Positions 27,863 to 39,507 of a stretch of DNA of 64,000 bases are shown here, piece after piece. Source of the stretch: an uncultured bacterium (GTDB lineage Bacteria > Patescibacteriota > Minisyncoccia > Phycocordibacterales > PALSA-1337); contig CAWKEA010000005.1 of the NCBI GenBank assembly GCA_963848635.1, positions 175,341 through 239,340 of the forward strand. The letters run 5' to 3'. The position numbers were made by a program, and so were the translations under genes. Each line of letters begins with the position of its first letter. Position 1 is the stretch's first letter. The notes beneath the pieces are model-generated. The model worked only from the letters and a program-made list of their open reading frames with translations. It ran no database searches and was not told the DNA's origin.

Positions 27863-30514
27863 CTATTTTTTCTTCAGCTTTTTCTTCAGATACATCCCAG
27901 TATAGCTCTTTTCATTCCGCGCGACGTCTTCCGGTGTTCCCTTTGCCACTATCTTGCCGCCATGCTTGCCGCCGAGGGGACCGATGTCGATGACGTAGTC
28001 GGCGTTTTTGACGAGGTCGAGATTGTGCTCGATGACGACGACAGTGTTCCCTTTGTCGACCAGCCTCTGCAAGATCTCAATGAGCTTCTTGACGTCTTCA
28101 TAATGAAGGCCGACCGTCGGTTCGTCGAGCAAGTAGATCGTCTTTTGGATATGTGCGCGATACAGCTCGGCGGAGATCTTGACGCGCTGGGCCTCGCCGC
28201 CAGAGAGCGTGGTCGCGCTCTGGCCGAGCGTCAGGTAGCCGAGGCCGACCTCGTTGAGCGTGAGCAAGCGGTCGGAAATGGCCGGGATGTCTTCGAAGAA
28301 GCTCATAGCTTCCTCGACGGTCATCTGGAGGACTTCGTGGATGTTCTTGCCTTTGTAATCGATGTCGAGGGTCTCTTTCATGAATCGAGTGCCGCCGCAG
28401 ACGTCGCACGGCACATAGACGGTCGGAAGAAAATGCATCTCGACGGCTATCTCGCCGTTGCCTTCGCAGGCTTCGCATCGTCCGCCTGGGCGGTTAAAGG
28501 AAAAACGCCCCGGGCCCCAGCCTCGGGCGCGGGCTTCGGAGCTAGCGGCGAACATGTCGCGGATATGCGACCATGCGCCGGTATAGGTGGCCGGGTTGCT
28601 CCGCGGCGTGCGGCCGATCGGCGACTGATCGATCAGAATGGATCGACCGAGATATTCCGATCCTGAAAACGAATCGGCGTTGTAGGTCAAGGAATTCCGC
28701 TTGCTCCTTTCGAGACGCGCTTCGAGGTTCTTGTGCAGGATCTCGTACATGAACGACGACTTGCCGGAACCGGAAACGCCGGTGATGACATTGAAGACGC
28801 CGAGCGGCACGTCCACATTCATGTCTTTGATATTGAAAATATTCCCGCCGCGTATCATGATCTTGCCTTTCGGCTCGCGGCGCTTGTTCGGCGTATCGAT
28901 CTCCATTTCCCCGCGCAGATAGGCAAGCGTGATCGATTCCTTGCCTTCGCCTTTTGCAAGAGTCTTTTTGGTCAAGAGGTCTTCAAGCCAGCCCGATACG
29001 ACGACTCTGCCGCCATGGATGCCTGCGCCCGGGCCTATGTCGATGATATAGTCCGAAGCATACATGGTGTCCTCGTCATGTTCGACGACGATGATGGTAT
29101 TGCCGAGGTCGCGCAGGTCGAGAAGGGTGCTGATGAGCCGATCATTGTCGCGCTGATGGAGCCCGATGGTCGGCTCATCGAGGACGTAGAGCGCGCCGAC
29201 AAGACCGGACCCAAGCTGTGAGGCAAGGCGTATGCGCTGGGCTTCCCCGCCGGATAACGTGTTGGCGCGTCGGTCGAGCGTCAAATATTCGATGCCGACG
29301 TTTATCATGAACGATAGCCTCGAGCCGATCTCTTTCATGACCACTTTTGCGATCTCTTTTTCCGTCGGCGTGAGCGTCAGATGATCGAAAAAATTCGCAG
29401 CCTCAGTGATAGACAGCGCGGTCGTCTCGACGATATTCTTGCCGTCCACAAGCACATGCAATGCCTCCTCGCGCAGTCGTTTTCCTCCGCACATCTCGCA
29501 TGGGTCGTCGCTGAAAAAGTCCTTGGTGCCGAGGCCTTTGCAGGCAGGACAGGCGCCGTACGGCGAGTTGAACGAGAAGAGACGCGGCTCGATCTCGGGA
29601 TATGAAAAACCGTCATGCGGGCACATGAATTTGACGGACATGAGCTTCTCTTCATCTGGAAATTCGACTTTGATCAGGCCGCTCGCTTCGGTGACGGAAC
29701 GCTCGAGCGCTTCGGACAGGCGTTCGCGCGAATTCTTCGAGTCATTCTTGTCCCGAAGCTCACTCGAGAATATCTCATCGATGAGGATGTCGATGTCGTG
29801 CTTTTTGTTCTTTTCTATGATGATCTGGTCTCTCAGATGGTATGTCGTCCCGTCGACGCGCACGCGATCGTAGCCTTTGCCGAGCAAGTCATACAGCAAC
29901 TGATAGTATTCTCCTTTTCTGCCGACGACGACCGGCGCCCAGATGCGGATCTTTTCATCGGAGATCGTGACGCCCATGATCTTCTTGTCCGCCGCCTTTT
30001 CGCTTTTATCTATGCTTTTTGCTTTATGCCTCCCGCTTTCTGCCTTTCCTGCTTGACCCAAGACTATCTCGAGTATCTCTTCCTTTGATATACGATGTAT
30101 CTCCCTATTGCAGACGAGGCAATGCGGCGTCCCCACGCGGGCAAAGAGGATGCGCATGTAGTCGTATATCTCGGTGATGGTGGCGACGGTCGAACGCGGA
30201 TTGTTGGAGCGCGATTTCTGGTCGATGGAAATGGCGGGAGACAAGCCGATGATCTCGTCGACGTCGGGCTTTTGCATTCGATGCAGGAATTGCCGGGCGT
30301 ATGCCGAGAGCGACTCGACATAGCGCCGCTGGCCCTCGGCAAAGATCGTGTCGAATGCGAGCGACGATTTCCCAGAACCGGACAGACCGGTGATGGCTAT
30401 CATCCGATTGCGCGGCATCTCGACGGTGATGTTTTTCAGATTGTGCGTGCGCGCGCCTTTGACGATTATCTTGTCGTCAAACGGTCCCGCGCCTTTCTTT
30501 TCGTGAGCATGCAT
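27863..30514 (-). CDS. uvrA: Excinuclease ABC subunit A
   Basis: [23 protein letters not shown], two LSGGEAQR signatures, zinc fingers. Confidence 0.98.
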   Translation of the reverse strand: MHAHEKKGAGPFDDKIIVKGARTHNLKNITVEMPRNRMIAITGLSGSGKSSLAFDTIFAEGQRRYVESLSAYARQFLHRMQKPDVDEIIGLSPAISIDQKSRSNNPRSTVATITEIYDYMRILFARVGTPHCLVCNREIHRISKEEILEIVLGQAGKAESGRHKAKSIDKSEKAADKKIMGVTISDEKIRIWAPVVVGRKGEYYQLLYDLLGKGYDRVRVDGTTYHLRDQIIIEKNKKHDIDILIDEIFSSELRDKNDSKNSRERLSEALERSVTEASGLIKVEFPDEEKLMSVKFMCPHDGFSYPEIEPRLFSFNSPYGACPACKGLGTKDFFSDDPCEMCGGKRLREEALHVLVDGKNIVETTALSITEAANFFDHLTLTPTEKEIAKVVMKEIGSRLSFMINVGIEYLTLDRRANTLSGGEAQRIRLASQLGSGLVGALYVLDEPTIGLHQRDNDRLISTLLDLRDLGNTIIVVEHDEDTMYASDYIIDIGPGAGIHGGRVVVSGWLEDLLTKKTLAKGEGKESITLAYLRGEMEIDTPNKRREPKGKIMIRGGNIFNIKDMNVDVPLGVFNVITGVSGSGKSSFMYEILHKNLEARLERSKRNSLTYNADSFSGSEYLGRSILIDQSPIGRTPRSNPATYTGAWSHIRDMFAASSEARARGWGPGRFSFNRPGGRCEACEGNGEIAVEMHFLPTVYVPCDVCGGTRFMKETLDIDYKGKNIHEVLQMTVEEAMSFFEDIPAISDRLLTLNEVGLGYLTLGQSATTLSGGEAQRVKISAELYRAHIQKTIYLLDEPTVGLHYEDVKKLIEILQRLVDKGNTVVVIEHNLDLVKNADYVIDIGPLGGKHGGKIVAKGTPEDVARNEKSYTGMYLKKKLKKK

Positions 30515-30576
30515 CGTGGCGCGGATTATAGCAGATATTTTACAAAAAAGGAAGGATATTTTATCCTATCTCCCGG

Positions 30577-31350
30577 CTATCCGACCATTTTCTCGACTTG
30601 AGCGACGATCTCGTCGAGAGAGACGGCGGCCTTGATTATGAAGCCGGCGGCGCCGAGCTTCTTTGATTTCTCTATATCCGATGGCGACGACAGGTTAGAA
30701 AGCATGATGACCGGAATTTTCTTGAATCTCTCCTGCATCTTGAGCTTTTGCAAGACTTCAAACCCATTCAGGTCCGGCATGACGATGTCGAGCATGACGA
30801 TGTCAGGGGTGTCACTCTCAGCGAGCTTCAATGCTTCGACGCCATTGCTGGCTTTGATGAGATTGTAGCCGAGTGAGATGAATTTCTTTGAAAGAATGTC
30901 CGAAAGGAATTTGTCGTCCTCGACCCATAGTATCTTGATCGCCTTTTTTGCCTTCCCTTGTGCCATCTCTGGAACGTAATTGAGTATACTGCAGACCTTG
31001 TCGATGACTTCTTCGGGGCTGATATGCGTCTTGATCAGATATTCCCGGATGCCAACGACGGGCAAGCGCTTCATATCGACAGGAAGCCCCATGTTCGAGG
31101 CGACGATGACGGGAATCTTTGTTATGTCTTTGTCGTAGGATTTCGCCGCGAGGAGGTCGTAGCCGTCCATGCCCGGCAGTACCACGTCGGCGATGAGGAT
31201 ATCGGGACGCAGTTCGCGCATCTTTGACAATGTGGCGTTGCCGTCTTCGACAGTGATGGCGCGCATGCCTTTTTCTTTTGCCAAGGCAGAGATCGATTCG
31301 GCAAGAAAGGCGTCCGAGAGAGCTATGAGAATGAGCTTTGAAGGGATCAT
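30577..31350 (-). CDS. Tandem-receiver response regulator without output domain
   Basis: Two REC domains (ADVVLPGMDG; VEDD...LDIVMPDLNG...IPVIMLSN). Confidence 0.88.
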   Translation of the reverse strand: MIPSKLILIALSDAFLAESISALAKEKGMRAITVEDGNATLSKMRELRPDILIADVVLPGMDGYDLLAAKSYDKDITKIPVIVASNMGLPVDMKRLPVVGIREYLIKTHISPEEVIDKVCSILNYVPEMAQGKAKKAIKILWVEDDKFLSDILSKKFISLGYNLIKASNGVEALKLAESDTPDIVMLDIVMPDLNGFEVLQKLKMQERFKKIPVIMLSNLSSPSDIEKSKKLGAAGFIIKAAVSLDEIVAQVEKMVG

Positions 31351-31458
31351 GTGTAGTATCAAGCAGAGAAATGATACCACGGCGACTTCGATCGGACAAC
31401 CAACAGAAAAGCGCGCCGACGGGTGTCTTCATGAAGCGCTTCATGATATAATGTGGGC

Positions 31459-32154
31459 ATGAACGGCACTGCCATCGCGTATGCATTCCTTGCAGGGGTC
31501 TTGCCATCGCTTCTTTGGCTCTTTTTCTGGCTGAGAGAGGACAATCTCCATCCCGAGCCGCGCCTTATCATCGCTCTCGCGTTTCTGCTCGGCATGCTGT
31601 CGGTCGCTTTGGCTATCTATTTCGAGAGCATATCGTCGGTTTTTCTCAAAAGCCAGACCGAGCAGTATATCGTGTGGGCGGTCATCGAAGAAGCCGTGAA
31701 GGGCCTCGTCGTCGTGGTTATGGTCTTGTTCTCGAGCGAGATAGACGAACCGATCGACTTCATGATCTATTTCATCGCCGCCGCTCTCGGCTTCGCTGCC
31801 ATAGAAAACTCATTTTTCCTGCTCGATCCCCTATCGAACGGCAACATATCATCCTCGATCAATCTGGGAGATTTCAGGTTCATCGGCTCGACCTTGGTCC
31901 ATACCGTCTCATCCGCTTTCATCGGCTTTTGCGTCGCGCTCGTCTTTTATCGCGGAACGTTCCTAAAGATACTCATGGCGCTCGTCGGCCTCATCGGGGC
32001 GTCAGCCTTGCATAGCGCCTTTAACCTATCCCTCCTGTCAGCGCCGCACTACAGCGTCATCTATGTCTTTGCGTGGATATGGTGCACCGTCATCATCCTC
32101 ATGATCCTGTTCGAGGAGATCAAAGCAGTGCGCAATCCTTTGAAGTCGACATAG
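31459..32154 (+). CDS. prsW: PrsW family intramembrane metalloprotease
   Basis: EP, IEEAVK, ALGFAAIEN, LVH, LHSAFN. Confidence 0.92.
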   Translation: MNGTAIAYAFLAGVLPSLLWLFFWLREDNLHPEPRLIIALAFLLGMLSVALAIYFESISSVFLKSQTEQYIVWAVIEEAVKGLVVVVMVLFSSEIDEPIDFMIYFIAAALGFAAIENSFFLLDPLSNGNISSSINLGDFRFIGSTLVHTVSSAFIGFCVALVFYRGTFLKILMALVGLIGASALHSAFNLSLLSAPHYSVIYVFAWIWCTVIILMILFEEIKAVRNPLKST

Positions 32155-32279
32155 GCCTGGAAGGACTATAGATAGAAATAAACAAAACTCGTGTGAAGAC
32201 ATACGCAAACTGAGGGAGCTACCTTTATCCACAAGAGCAGAGGCAGAAGTGCGGCGGGATTATATGGTAGAATAATCGC

Positions 32280-32762
32280 ATGGCAAAAAACAAACCTTCG
32301 TTTTTTGAAAGACTCACGGGCGCCGTCAATCTCGATGACGCTGACGCTCGAACAGCGAGCATATCGCCAGCCATGCGAGCTATGGAAACGCCGTCCATCA
32401 AAACTGCCTCATGGGCAGAAGAGAGCGCCGAAGAAGGCGAACTGACTGTCGATGTCTATCAGAACAACGACACTATCTTCGTCAAAGCAATGATAGCCGG
32501 AGTCAGACCAGAGGATCTCGACATCAATATCAGCCGCGACATGGTCACTATCCGTGGCAAGCGCGAAGAAGAGCGGGCGAGCTCGAACGACGACTATTTC
32601 ATCCGCGAGCTCTATTGGGGATCGTTCTCACGCTCCGTTTCCCTGCCCGAGGAGATCGACGTCGACGAAGCCGAGGCGATAGAAAAGCACGGCTTGCTCA
32701 TATTGCGCCTGCCAAAATTAGACAAGAAAAGGCAGTCGAAATTAAAGGTCAAGACGATCTAG
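32280..32762 (+). CDS. Hsp20/alpha-crystallin family protein
   Basis: VDVYQ...AGVRPEDLDI...ELYWGSFSRSVSLP...GLLILRLPK. Confidence 0.93.
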   Translation: MAKNKPSFFERLTGAVNLDDADARTASISPAMRAMETPSIKTASWAEESAEEGELTVDVYQNNDTIFVKAMIAGVRPEDLDINISRDMVTIRGKREEERASSNDDYFIRELYWGSFSRSVSLPEEIDVDEAEAIEKHGLLILRLPKLDKKRQSKLKVKTI

Positions 32763-33218
32763 CTGAAGCGTCTCTCCCACATAAAGGGAATGCTGTCGTG
32801 CGAGGCCGGAATTAACCTCTATCACATATTTCGAAGGAGAGCCCGGATAAAAGACGCTCGGATAGGTCGAGGGAGAAAGGCTGTTTTCGATGTGGACTAT
32901 TTTAAAATCCTGATCAAGCCAGATGATGTCGATGGGAAATTCCATGTCCTTCATCCAGAATCCGTAATTGTTCGGCTTGTCAAAGACAAAGAACATGCCG
33001 GAATTCGGTGATAGCGAAGGCCTGTCGCCGAGACCAAGCTCCTGTTCGGCCGAAGTCGACGCTATGGTCAAGGTCAAAGTCTCACCGGGCAATGACCACA
33101 CAAAGCTGTTTTCCGGAACAGCAGTCACAGGAAAGACGTCCCGTACACAAAAGACTATGACGCAGACAGCGACGATCGAACAGGCGGCGGCGATTATATT
33201 TTTCGTCTTTCCGCTCAT
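32742..33218 (-). CDS. DUF192 family protein
   Basis: GLGDR.SL...GMFFVF, FWMKDMEFPIDIIWLD, YVIEVNSG. Confidence 0.9.
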   Translation of the reverse strand: MSGKTKNIIAAACSIVAVCVIVFCVRDVFPVTAVPENSFVWSLPGETLTLTIASTSAEQELGLGDRPSLSPNSGMFFVFDKPNNYGFWMKDMEFPIDIIWLDQDFKIVHIENSLSPSTYPSVFYPGSPSKYVIEVNSGLARQHSLYVGETLQLDRLDL

Positions 33219-33241
33219 GCGATTATGATTAGACGCCCAGT

Positions 33242-33499
33242 CTACGACAGATGTTTCGAGACAAGCTTTGTCATTTCGAACATATTGACCACAGATTTGC
33301 CGTCGAATACTTTTTTCAAAGCCTCATCGGCGTTGATATTCCTCTTGTTCTTTGGATCCTGGAGATTGTTGCCTTTTATGTATTTCCACAGAGCTTTGAC
33401 GACTTCCGAACGCGGCATCGGCCCCTTGCCGACGATGACTGCGAGGTCGGGACTAATGTCCATCGGCTTCATAAACGCTGAATTTGTTTTCTTTTCCAT
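33242..33499 (-). CDS. Stand-alone SWIB/MDM2 domain protein
   Basis: SPDLAVIVG...PRSEVVKALWKYIK.NNLQDPKNKRNINAD. Confidence 0.93.
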   Translation of the reverse strand: MEKKTNSAFMKPMDISPDLAVIVGKGPMPRSEVVKALWKYIKGNNLQDPKNKRNINADEALKKVFDGKSVVNMFEMTKLVSKHLS

Positions 33500-33634
33500 A
33501 TATTTTGTGCTGTTTTATTTGAATAAGCGGATAAATGATCGATGCAGAACAGTATAGCATATAAAGTCAACAGCGTTGTATCAGAAGGATTCTTGAGCGC
33601 TCGACTACCTATTGACATTCAAGCTGACTCGTGT

Positions 33635-33722
33635 TGGCGGAGGGTAAGAGATTCGAACTCTTGGTGAGTTGCCCCACACACGCTTTCCAAGCGTGCGCAC
33701 TAGACCACTATGCGAACCCTCC
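33635..33722 (-). tRNA. tRNA-Ser (GGA), CCA encoded
   Basis: Reverse complement GGAGGGTTCGCATAGTGGTCTAGTGCGCACGCTTGGAAAGCGTG...GTTCGAATC...CTCCGCCA. Confidence 0.93.
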
Positions 33723-33852
33723 TCATTTTGTGCTTTGTACCGCTTCATTTATAGCACGGATCGCCCCTTTAATAAAACTCAGACCAGACATCGCCCGATA
33801 TGATAGAATGAGGGCAAAGGTCGATAATTTCATCATAACGAATACAATAATC

Positions 33853-34056
33853 ATGAACGGAGAAAATAATCAAAAGACATGCGGCCATCACAAGGTCATG
33901 CCCTTTGCGCTCATCATCGTGGGCATCGTCGCGCTCCTCGCGGATTTCAATGTCTTTTCCTGGTCAGTCTTTAACATCGTTTGGCCGATCCTCATCATCC
34001 TCGTCGGCTGTGCAAAGATGTGCAAGTGCGGCAAGACGTGCGAGGCGCCGAAATAG
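33853..34056 (+). CDS. Small two-TM protein with Cys-rich tail
   Basis: MNGENNQKTCGHHK...WPILIILVGCAKMCKCGKTC. Confidence 0.65.
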   Translation: MNGENNQKTCGHHKVMPFALIIVGIVALLADFNVFSWSVFNIVWPILIILVGCAKMCKCGKTCEAPK

Positions 34057-34220
34057 ATAGCGATCACATTCTTTTCAAGAAGAACAAAGACAGCCGAGCG
34101 CTGTTTTTGTTTTGGCTTATTTATTGTCCGAACTTCCCTTTTTTGGATTTTTATGCTTTAATGGATGTCCGAGCGATTCCCTTGTCTCGCGGGGTCAGCT
34201 CTCTTTTTTAATTTACTCAT

Positions 34221-36035
34221 ATGGAAATCCGTAATATCGCTATCATAGCCCACGTCGACCACGGCAAGACGACGCTCACCGACGCCATCATGACCCAATG
34301 CGGCCATGCCGACGAGGGATCGATGGACTCGAACGCGCTCGAACAGGAGCGCGGCATTACGATATATGCAAAAAACACCTCGATCATCTATCCCTCGCCG
34401 GGCTCGGGACGTCCCGCCACCAAGATCAACATCGTCGACACGCCAGGCCACGCTGATTTCGGTTCAGAGGTTGAACGCGTGCTCCGCTCGATCGACACCG
34501 TTCTCCTCGTCGTCGACGCCCAGGAAGGCCCGATGCCGCAGACGCGCTTCGTTCTGAAAAAATCGCTTGAGCTCGGTCTTAAGCCGATCGTCGTCATCAA
34601 CAAGATAGACAAAGCCGCCGCGGATCCAGAACGCACCCATAACGAGGTGCTCGAGCTTTTTATCGAGCTCGGCGCGCACGATTCTCAGATAGATTTCCCC
34701 GTCATATACGCCATAGGCCGCGAAGGAGTGGCAAAGAAAACGTTAAAGGAAGGATTCAAGGACATCACACCGCTTTTGGACACGATACTCGAGCATGTCC
34801 CGCCGGCGAACAAGGATTCAAATGCGCCTTTGACAGCGCAAGTCTTCAACCTCAGCTACGACAATTTCCTCGGACGCCTCGCCGTCGCGCGCATCTATGA
34901 TGGAACTATAAAAGACGGTCAGAATGTCTGGATAAAGGACATAGACGGAAAATCATTCACAGGAAAAGTGACCAAGCTCTTCACCTTCGACGGCAAGAAG
35001 CGCCTCGAAGTGCCGCAAGCCGAATCAGGCGACATCATCACGGTGGCCGGCATCCCGGATATTTACATTGGCGAGACTATTGCTGATAGCGAGTCGACGA
35101 CGCCCTTGACCGCGATCAAAGTCGACGAGCCGACGATTTCACTCCAATTCCTCGTCAATAGCTCCCCTTTTGCAGGCCGCGAAGGCACGTTCGTCACCGG
35201 TCGCCAGATACGCGAGCGGCTTGAGCGCGAGCTCGAAACGAACGTCGGGCTGAAAGTCGATTTCTCGTCGAACGAATACTTCACCGTCTACGGCCGTGGC
35301 GAGCTTCACATCGCCATCCTCATCGAGAACATGCGCCGCGAAGGCTATGAGCTCCAGGTATCTCAGCCGAAAGTCATATTAAAGGAAGAGGGCGGCAGGA
35401 CATTCGAGCCTTTCGAAGAGGTCATCATCGATACGCCACAGGAATATTCAGGCCCGATCATCGAGACCCTCGGCAAGAGAAAGGGCGTCATGACAAATAT
35501 GACGAACCACGGCAACCAGGCGCGCCTCGTCTTCGAGATACCGACGCGCGGATTGCTCGGATATCGCAACGCTTTCACCATCGACACCAAAGGCGAAGGC
35601 ATCATGTCGAGCCGCTTCATCGAATTCCGCGAGCATGCCGGCCAGATCGAAAAGCGCGAGACCGGCTCCATGACATCCATGGCCTCCGGCAAATCGCTCG
35701 GCTTCTCGCTCTGGAATCTCCAGGATCGCGGACGCCTCTTCATCGGCCCGGCTGTCGAAGTCTATGAGGGCATGGTCATCGGCGACACCGCAAAAGGAGA
35801 CGACCTCGACGTCAATCCGACCAAGGGCAAACAGCTCTCGAACATGCGCTCGTCCGGCAAGGACGAGGCCCTCATGCTCGTGCCGCCATTTGAATTGTCC
35901 ATCGAGCGCGGTCTCGAACTGATGCGCGACGACGAATATCTCGAGATCACGCCGAAATCCGTCCGCCTGCGCAAGAAATTCCTGACCGAGCTCGATCGCG
36001 CGAAAGCAGGCAGGAAGGACGGGACGCTGAAATAG
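34221..36035 (+). CDS. typA: Translational GTPase TypA/BipA
   Basis: [40 protein letters not shown]. Confidence 0.97.
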   Translation: MEIRNIAIIAHVDHGKTTLTDAIMTQCGHADEGSMDSNALEQERGITIYAKNTSIIYPSPGSGRPATKINIVDTPGHADFGSEVERVLRSIDTVLLVVDAQEGPMPQTRFVLKKSLELGLKPIVVINKIDKAAADPERTHNEVLELFIELGAHDSQIDFPVIYAIGREGVAKKTLKEGFKDITPLLDTILEHVPPANKDSNAPLTAQVFNLSYDNFLGRLAVARIYDGTIKDGQNVWIKDIDGKSFTGKVTKLFTFDGKKRLEVPQAESGDIITVAGIPDIYIGETIADSESTTPLTAIKVDEPTISLQFLVNSSPFAGREGTFVTGRQIRERLERELETNVGLKVDFSSNEYFTVYGRGELHIAILIENMRREGYELQVSQPKVILKEEGGRTFEPFEEVIIDTPQEYSGPIIETLGKRKGVMTNMTNHGNQARLVFEIPTRGLLGYRNAFTIDTKGEGIMSSRFIEFREHAGQIEKRETGSMTSMASGKSLGFSLWNLQDRGRLFIGPAVEVYEGMVIGDTAKGDDLDVNPTKGKQLSNMRSSGKDEALMLVPPFELSIERGLELMRDDEYLEITPKSVRLRKKFLTELDRAKAGRKDGTLK

Positions 36036-36472
36036 TTAGTGGTTTGTTAGAGGTCTACCCTCACACTCAGGTCTCACTCTGGACGGACCTGGGCCAATTT
36101 AAATCACGAACGAAATGCCGCCTCACGGTCAGTTTTCTTTTTTTGCTCTTTTTCTAAATATAACCAATTGGTTATATATGCAAACTAATATAAATATTTG
36201 GGCTCGAATACCGCTAAATGACGGCTGTCATTTTTGCTCTTTATTGAAATATAACCAATAGGTTATAAATTTAAAATCACATAAAATATTGCACCGCGGC
36301 CTGGAGGATAAAAAATGAACCCGGCACGCGCTCGGGGTTTTTGTATTAAATGAATATAAATTAAGGGCTGAAACTTTCGTTCCAGCCCTTGTTGAATCTT
36401 GCTGATCGCTTACGTTGCCATCTCCCCGTCAACTGTAATGATTTTTGTCATGTAAAAATGGTAGCATTTATT

Positions 36473-36492
36473 GTACGAGATGTCATCTTGAC
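36473..36492. repeat. REP-like palindrome (RAYT-associated family), hybrid arms
   Basis: GTACGAGATG-T-CATCTTGAC. Confidence 0.7.
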
Positions 36493-36721
36493 GTAAAACT
36501 TATGAAAAAATGCATAAATGATGTAGTTATTTACCCCACGCTTGCCACCTATGACTATCTCATTTTTGACAAAAAACTAGTTGCGACTCAGTTGCAACTA
36601 GTTCACGAAAGTTAGCCATATAATGAAAAGTAATTGCGACTCAATTACAATTAGAAAACTCGATAAAAAAATAACCCCGGGCCGCAGCTCGGGGTTGTTT
36701 GATGGGTGCATCTTTTCAAAC

Positions 36722-37024
36722 TCAATCGAGACCAAACTCGGGAAAGGCTTTCGCTTTCCAACAATCCCACAGCAGATTGCTTCGCCTCCAAGGATACGAG
36801 ATTGCATCAACAATCGCGACTGTGGAAGCGACGAGCAATGCGACCGTTATTGCAAGACCGATACATGCGAAAAGCATGAAGATTCCACAAGCGTGCAAAC
36901 TCGTTAGCGGCACCAGCTTGTCCAACGACCCAGTGAGCAACATGCTACCAATGCACAGCATGAATAAGATCACTGACAATGTGAGCAGTCCGATTGTGAT
37001 ACTGATAATTTTCAATATTTTCAT
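36722..37024 (-). CDS. Small membrane protein
   Basis: 100-aa hydrophobic ORF followed by hairpin at 36673-36697. Confidence 0.55.
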   Translation of the reverse strand: MKILKIISITIGLLTLSVILFMLCIGSMLLTGSLDKLVPLTSLHACGIFMLFACIGLAITVALLVASTVAIVDAISYPWRRSNLLWDCWKAKAFPEFGLD

Positions 37025-37114
37025 AAGAACTTTTTATTTCTTCCAACTTTTATCTCCCCTCCCTTCTCGCACGTCGCGGAAAAAAAGCGTGAAGCAAAGT
37101 GTTTTATCAAGAAC

Positions 37115-37870
37115 TTAAAACTCTCCAATTTTTGTCCTCTTTATAGAAAAAGCAAAAGCGACGGTGCCGGCTCCTCTTCCGATCCGTTCCGCGAGACTGC
37201 GCATGTAGGTGCCGCTTGTGCATGCAACACGAAGCTTAATTAAAGGAAAATCAACGGCGCCATATTCCCTTCCAAATTTTTTCCAGCCGGTGATTATCTC
37301 TTCTTGCCGAAAATCGCCATTCACTTTTGTTATATTCCCTATTGCTTGCGCGGCGATGTCACTGCCGCTCAATAAATCCGCCTGTTTCGAGCTTTTTTCA
37401 TGGCTGCGGCCGGCAAGCCCTTTACCTATTTCTTCTATCGAATATATCTCGACCTCTTTTGTCGGCATCTCATCGGGCAATTCACCAGTTCGAGCGAGAG
37501 AGTGGAGCTGGCGGCCATCAACTGTCTTTGAAGAATACGCCGGATAAGCCTGCATGAACTTGCCGCAGAATTTTGTCTGTACGAGATGACATCTCGTACA
37601 GACAACTTTGGTTATCAGCCCGAGCGCATCTCCAGTGTCAGTTTCGATGCCAAAAAGCACCTCGACCTCATACTCCTTGTCCAGACCGAGATATTTTTCT
37701 TTTTCCTTGCACTCGTCGCCGACGAGCGCCAAAAGCTTGCCGCAGGCAAGCGGGTCAAGCCGGCCAGCATACGTCATCGGCACATCTGCGGCAATGCCAT
37801 TTTCAAGCCGCGCCCTTTCGAGGCATTCGAGCGGCGTTTTGCCGATTTCTTTATTTAATATCAGCTTCAT
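37115..37870 (-). CDS. truB: tRNA pseudouridine synthase B-like protein
   Basis: YAGRLDPLACG, KEYEV...FGIETDTGD, PAYSS, CTSGTYMRSLA. Confidence 0.88.
   Translation of the reverse strand: MKLILNKEIGKTPLECLERARLENGIAADVPMTYAGRLDPLACGKLLALVGDECKEKEKYLGLDKEYEVEVLFGIETDTGDALGLITKVVCTRCHLVQTKFCGKFMQAYPAYSSKTVDGRQLHSLARTGELPDEMPTKEVEIYSIEEIGKGLAGRSHEKSSKQADLLSGSDIAAQAIGNITKVNGDFRQEEIITGWKKFGREYGAVDFPLIKLRVACTSGTYMRSLAERIGRGAGTVAFAFSIKRTKIGEF
37573..37605. repeat. REP-like palindrome in frame within truB
   Basis: Perfect 16-bp arms TTGTCTGTACGAGATG-A-CATCTCGTACAGACAA; encodes VCTRCHLVQT. Confidence 0.88.
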
Positions 37871-38433
37871 TTTCAGTTACTCCTAAGTATGCTTGTTTTT
37901 ATGAAAAAGGAAAGCGACGGGCACAAGAGGAAAGCGACGGGCACAAAAAAGCCGCCCGATGGTTGTCGAGCGGCTTGAAACAAAGAGGTCAAGATCAATC
38001 GGAAGGACCTCCGTAACCAGGACCGGAACATTCCACAGCCGTCGGAACGCTTGTCCCGACTACCGCTGGTTCCCCTGGATCATCATCGAAGCCAAGTCCT
38101 GGAGACTGAGTATCCTCCGCCGTCGGAGGCCGCTGTACCGTACTTGGAATATCGTTTCCTCTAAGGGATCTCGTTGTGACAGGCATATTGTTATTTCGTT
38201 GTGATTTGTTGTGTGCTGTTCTTGCTTTTCAATCCCGACCGCTCGTGCGGCCGGGAAGCAAAACGGACTCCGCTTTGGAGTCCGTTGTGATAATCAATCG
38301 AGAGAGATTCATTACCATGACCGACCCCAAAGCGCCCCGTCATACTTGACGGAGAGCGATGTAAAGGCTGATGTGGCAATCGAATGAATCATGGGTTTCA
38401 TTGTAGCATAGCCTGATTTTTTGAGAAGGGGCG

Positions 38434-39433
38434 TCATTTTTTCCTCAAAACCGCCTTTTTTGCCGCCGAATAGATGCTGTTTTCGTCCATTCCGTAGAGC
38501 CTGATGAGCTCCTCGGGAGTGCCGCTCTGACCGAATCTGTCATGGACGCCGATGAATTCAATGGGCACGGGAAAATTACGGGCGAGACATTCTGCGACGG
38601 CCGAACCCATGCCGCCGGCGATCTGATGTTCTTCGACCGTGACAACGGCGCCCGCCTCATGGGCAAGGTGGACGACGGCTTCTTCATCGAGCGGCTTTAT
38701 GGTGACGAGATTCATGACGACTGCCGCAATTCCTTCACCCTCAAGTTTTTTGGCGACGACAAGAGCTTTGTAGAGGAGCGCACCGGTGGCAATGATGCCG
38801 ACGACAGGCTTTTTCCCGCTTGCCCTGAAATATTCCTGCGCTTTTCCAATTTCAAAAGGAGTGTCCGCAGTCGTGATGAGCGGCGTCTTTTCGCGGGCGA
38901 GGCGGATGTACGTCGGATCTTTTGTTCGAGCGGCGGCGATGGTCGCCTTCTTTGCCTCTATCGCATCGCACGGCGAGATGACGACCATGCGCGGTATGAC
39001 GCGAGTAATGGCGATATCTTCGATGGCCTGATGCGTGCCGCCGTCGGGGCCGACAGAAACGCCAGCGTGCGAGCCGGCGATTTTCACCGGCACATTGTTA
39101 TAGGCAATCGTCGTGCGGATCTGCTCCCAATTGCGGCCAGGCGAGAACATGGCGTACGAACTGATGAAAGGGAACCTTGCCCATGTGCGCCATACCAGAG
39201 GCGACCGCTGCGAGATTCTGCTCAGCGACGCCGATCTCGACGAACCTGTCGGGATATTTCTTTTGAAAGAGGTCCATGCGCGTCGACTCTGCAAGGTCAG
39301 CGCAAAGCCCGACGATATTCTTGTCGCTGTCTGCCGCGATGACGAGGCCTTCGCCAAAACCCTGGCGAATCGGCAATTGCTCGACGTCGGGCGAGAAGAG
39401 CTTTGCGTTGAGTTTTAGGTTAGGGTTTAACAT
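38434..39433 (-). CDS. Transketolase C-terminal subunit, split by a one-base frameshift near 39168
   Basis: Frame 1: LCADL.ESTR, EIGVAEQNL, GKVPF; frame 2: ISSYAMF...GPDGGTHQAIED...VEEHQ. Confidence 0.9.
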
Positions 39434-39507
39434 GAGTAAAGTATAGCACGCACAAAAAATGACTTGTGCACATAACAAAAGCCTGCGGGGGCCAGTCACA
39501 TATTCGA

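Noticed and set aside
36410-36451. 13-aa ORF MTKIITVDGEMAT with upstream -10 and downstream hairpin
   Set aside because: Too short to distinguish from chance without homology or expression data.
37908-37946. 20-bp tandem duplication AGGAAAGCGACGGGCACAA
   Set aside because: Only two copies, not seen elsewhere; likely local slippage.
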